Assembly: GCA_963717285.1 (NCBI GenBank) | Contig: CAVQVW010000004.1 | Location: 710,905-774,904 of the forward strand | Reading direction: 5' to 3' | DNA from: an uncultured Thermoleophilia bacterium | GTDB lineage: Bacteria > Actinomycetota > Thermoleophilia > UBA2241 | Length of the DNA stretch: 64,000 nt | In this document: piece by piece, positions 61,996 through 64,000 of the stretch | Layout of the letters: every line of letters starts with the position of its first letter | How positions within the stretch are numbered: the stretch's first letter is position 1 | The notes under the pieces: generated by a model | Database searches by the model: none | What the model was told of the DNA's origin: nothing | Seen by the model: only the letters and a program-made list of their open reading frames with translations | Translations under genes and position numbers: made by a program

Positions 61996-63400
61996 GAGTC
62001 CCGTAGTGTGGTGTAGAAAGCCCCGGACCTGAGAGCCGAGCGGCATCGGCCACCGGGAGCGTCCTAGAATCGTCGTTGTTCCGCCAAGAACAGTGACGAG
62101 AGGAGCACCACGATGGCCGACCTGGACAGCATGACCGTGAGCGGGGCCGCAGGCAAGATGTCTGACCGGCGGACATGCCGACGTCGTGCGCGAGGCGGTG
62201 CGGCTCGTGATCGCCGAGCTCATGGAGCTCAAGAGGTCGCCGAGCTTGCCGGCGCGGCTCGCTACGAACGCTCTCCCGACGCGCGACGCAGCGCAACGGC
62301 TACCGGGAGCGCCGCTCGGGACACGCGCGCCGGCAGCCTCGAGCTGGCGATTCGCGCGCCTGCGCTCCGGCAGCTACTTCCCGAGCTTCCTCGAGCCGCG
62401 GCGCAGAAGCGAGCAGGCCCTCGTGGCCGTGGTCGCCGAGGCCTACGTGAACGGCGTCAGTACACGCAAGGTCGAGCGTCTCGTCGCACAGCTCGGCATC
62501 GAAGCCTGAGCCGCTCCACGGTGAGCCGCCCTGCAAGACGCTCGACGGGCAGGTGCGAGTCTTCAGAGAGCGCCCCCTGGAAAGACCGTTACCCCTACCT
62601 CTCGCTGGACGCCAGGGTGGGGCGCGTGAGAGAGCCCGGCGTCGTGCGCCACAAGGCCCTCGTGGTCGCCTACGGCGTGACCAGAGCGGCCGCCGCGAGG
62701 TGCTCGGCATCGACGTCGGCGAGTCTGAGACGGAGGCCTTCTCGCGCGAGTTCCTGCGCGGCCTGCTCGCTCGCGGCCTCTGCCGGCGTCGTGCTCTGCG
62801 TCTCCGACGCCCACGAGGGTCTCAAGAAGGCCATCGCCCAGGTGCTCGGCTGCCCCTGGCAGCGCTGTACCGTGCACTTCCTGCGCGACATGCAGGGCCA
62901 CGTGCACCGAAGCCGAACAGCAGATGGTCGCGGCGGCGGATCCGCCAGGTGTTCGCCGCCGAGGAGCTCGGCGAGGCGCGGGCGCGCCTGGCCGGCGTGG
63001 TCGCCAGCCTCGAGGCTGCGGCACCCAAGGTCGCCCTGTTGCTCGAGGCCGCCGAGGAGGAGTTGCTCGCCTTCATGAGCTTCCCCCGCGAGCACCAGAC
63101 GAAGCTACGCTCGACCAACCCGCTGGAGCGCCTCAACGAGGATATCGCGCGGCGCAGCGACGTGGTCGGCATCTACCCGAACGACGAGAGCCTGATCCAC
63201 CTGGCCGGGCCTTGCTGCTCGAACAGAACGACGAGTGGCTCGTCGGGCGGCGCTACCTCTCGGCGGAGTCGCTCGCCGGGCTCTACGCCGCGCAGCAGAC
63301 CGACGAGCGCAGCGGCCCGCGGCGCCGGAAAGGAGGTGGCGCTGCTCACGACCCGATGACCCTGACGACGGTCAGGAACTTACACCAGTCAAGGGACTTG
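61995..63400 (+). mobile_element. degenerate IS256-family element (transposase split over at least four frames)
   Basis: Fragments ...GSYFPSFLEPRRRSEQALVAVVAEAYVNGVSTRKVERLVAQLGIEA, YPYLSLDARVG..., CVSDAHEGLKKAIAQVLGCPWQRCTVHFLRDMQGHV, SFPREHQTKLRSTNPLERLNEDIARRSDVVGIYPNDESLIHLAG. An A' module follows at 63405-63445. Confidence 0.65.
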
Positions 63401-63676
63401 ACCTCCCGTGACGTCAGGTTCGACTGCAGGAGGGTTGCAGACGGGCCGTGGGCAGTCACATCGCGGGCTGAGCGAGTCGAGCTTGCAGCCGCCCCGACTT
63501 CACCCTCCCCGGGGGCCTCACAGCATGCGCACAGCACGCTCCTCATCGGTTTCTCGAAGCGGGCGGGGGCACAGCTGGAACGCACACCCGTGGCCGGCTC
63601 GAGGGTGGCCGCCTCAGGGTGCGACCCCAGCAGGTCGCCTCAGACACGGCAGGCAAGGAGCGCGAGGATGAAGAGA

Positions 63677-64000
63677 CACTCGGAAGACACTGACCATCGC
63701 AGCGGTCGCCGGACTCGCTGTGGTGGCCATGGCGTTCGGCGCCCTGAGGAGCGACGAGCCGGGTGCGTCGGGTGCCCGGGGAACGGGATGTGAAGGGGCC
63801 TCCCCACGTAGCGGCGGCGCCCGGTTAGATTTCCGACTGCGTCGAATGCTCCACCCCGGTAGCGACGACGCTGACCGAGGCTGAGAGCGCCGGTCTGATC
63901 TATATGCGTGAAGAGGAGAAGCTGGCCCGCGACGTCTACCAGGAGCTAGGCTCGCTGTACTCAGTACGAGCCTTCAGCAACATCGCCAGTTCCGAGACCC
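63677..64000 (+). CDS. DUF2202-like (ferritin-like) secreted protein, 3'-partial with internal frameshifts
   Basis: Signal-like KTLTIAAVAGLAVVAMAFGA in one frame, then TLTEAESAGLIYMREEEKLARDVYQEL in another. Confidence 0.4.

Noticed and set aside
6600-63450. CRISPR array hypothesis for the recurring 33-nt A module
   Set aside because: Copies are dispersed every 1-5 kb in both orientations. They are not arranged as regularly spaced direct repeats with unique spacers.

Overview
This is a high-GC (~68%) bacterial chromosomal segment, probably actinobacterial. It looks like an accessory region in decay. Coding content: a stress and redox group (three UspA genes, glutaredoxin, ferredoxin, a MymT-like metallothionein, multicopper oxidase plus a SHOCT-domain protein); many small membrane proteins of unknown function (DUF4389, two DUF998, DUF389, DUF4386, 2TM); and a roughly 13-kb cell-envelope glycan cluster at 45.7-58.2 kb (DPM1-like GT2, GMC oxidase plus SDR, Wzx flippase, GT-C-like membrane protein, two GT4, a GT2 and an epimerase). 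Most genes in that glycan cluster are frameshifted. Mobile DNA: one intact IS256-family element with an 8-bp target duplication, one intact IS110-family element, a second degenerate IS256, and IS3/IS481-like transposase fragments. The most striking feature is the density of short dispersed repeats: roughly 20 copies of a 33-nt iteron-bearing module (A), about 18 copies of an approximately 120-nt module (B) that looks like the right inverted repeat of an IS481/IS3-like element, a related left-end module (D), and five copies of a composite A-C-A element whose core (C) is a tRNA 3'-half mimic preceded by 10-bp-periodic GGCAC repeats. Two independent IS256 insertions sit in C copies, and the IS110 sits in an A copy. 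A ~1.7-kb inverted duplication (about 7035-8735 and 60296-61995) carries an acetyltransferase gene that is intact in one arm and frameshifted in the other; the two arms bracket about 51.5 kb. Two defence-gene remnants are truncated by insertion-sequence activity: an SNF2 helicase fragment and a DUF1524/AlbA_2 (GmrSD-like) fragment. No complete tRNA or rRNA gene and no CRISPR array were found. All product calls rest on motif recognition from the translations and have not been checked against databases.
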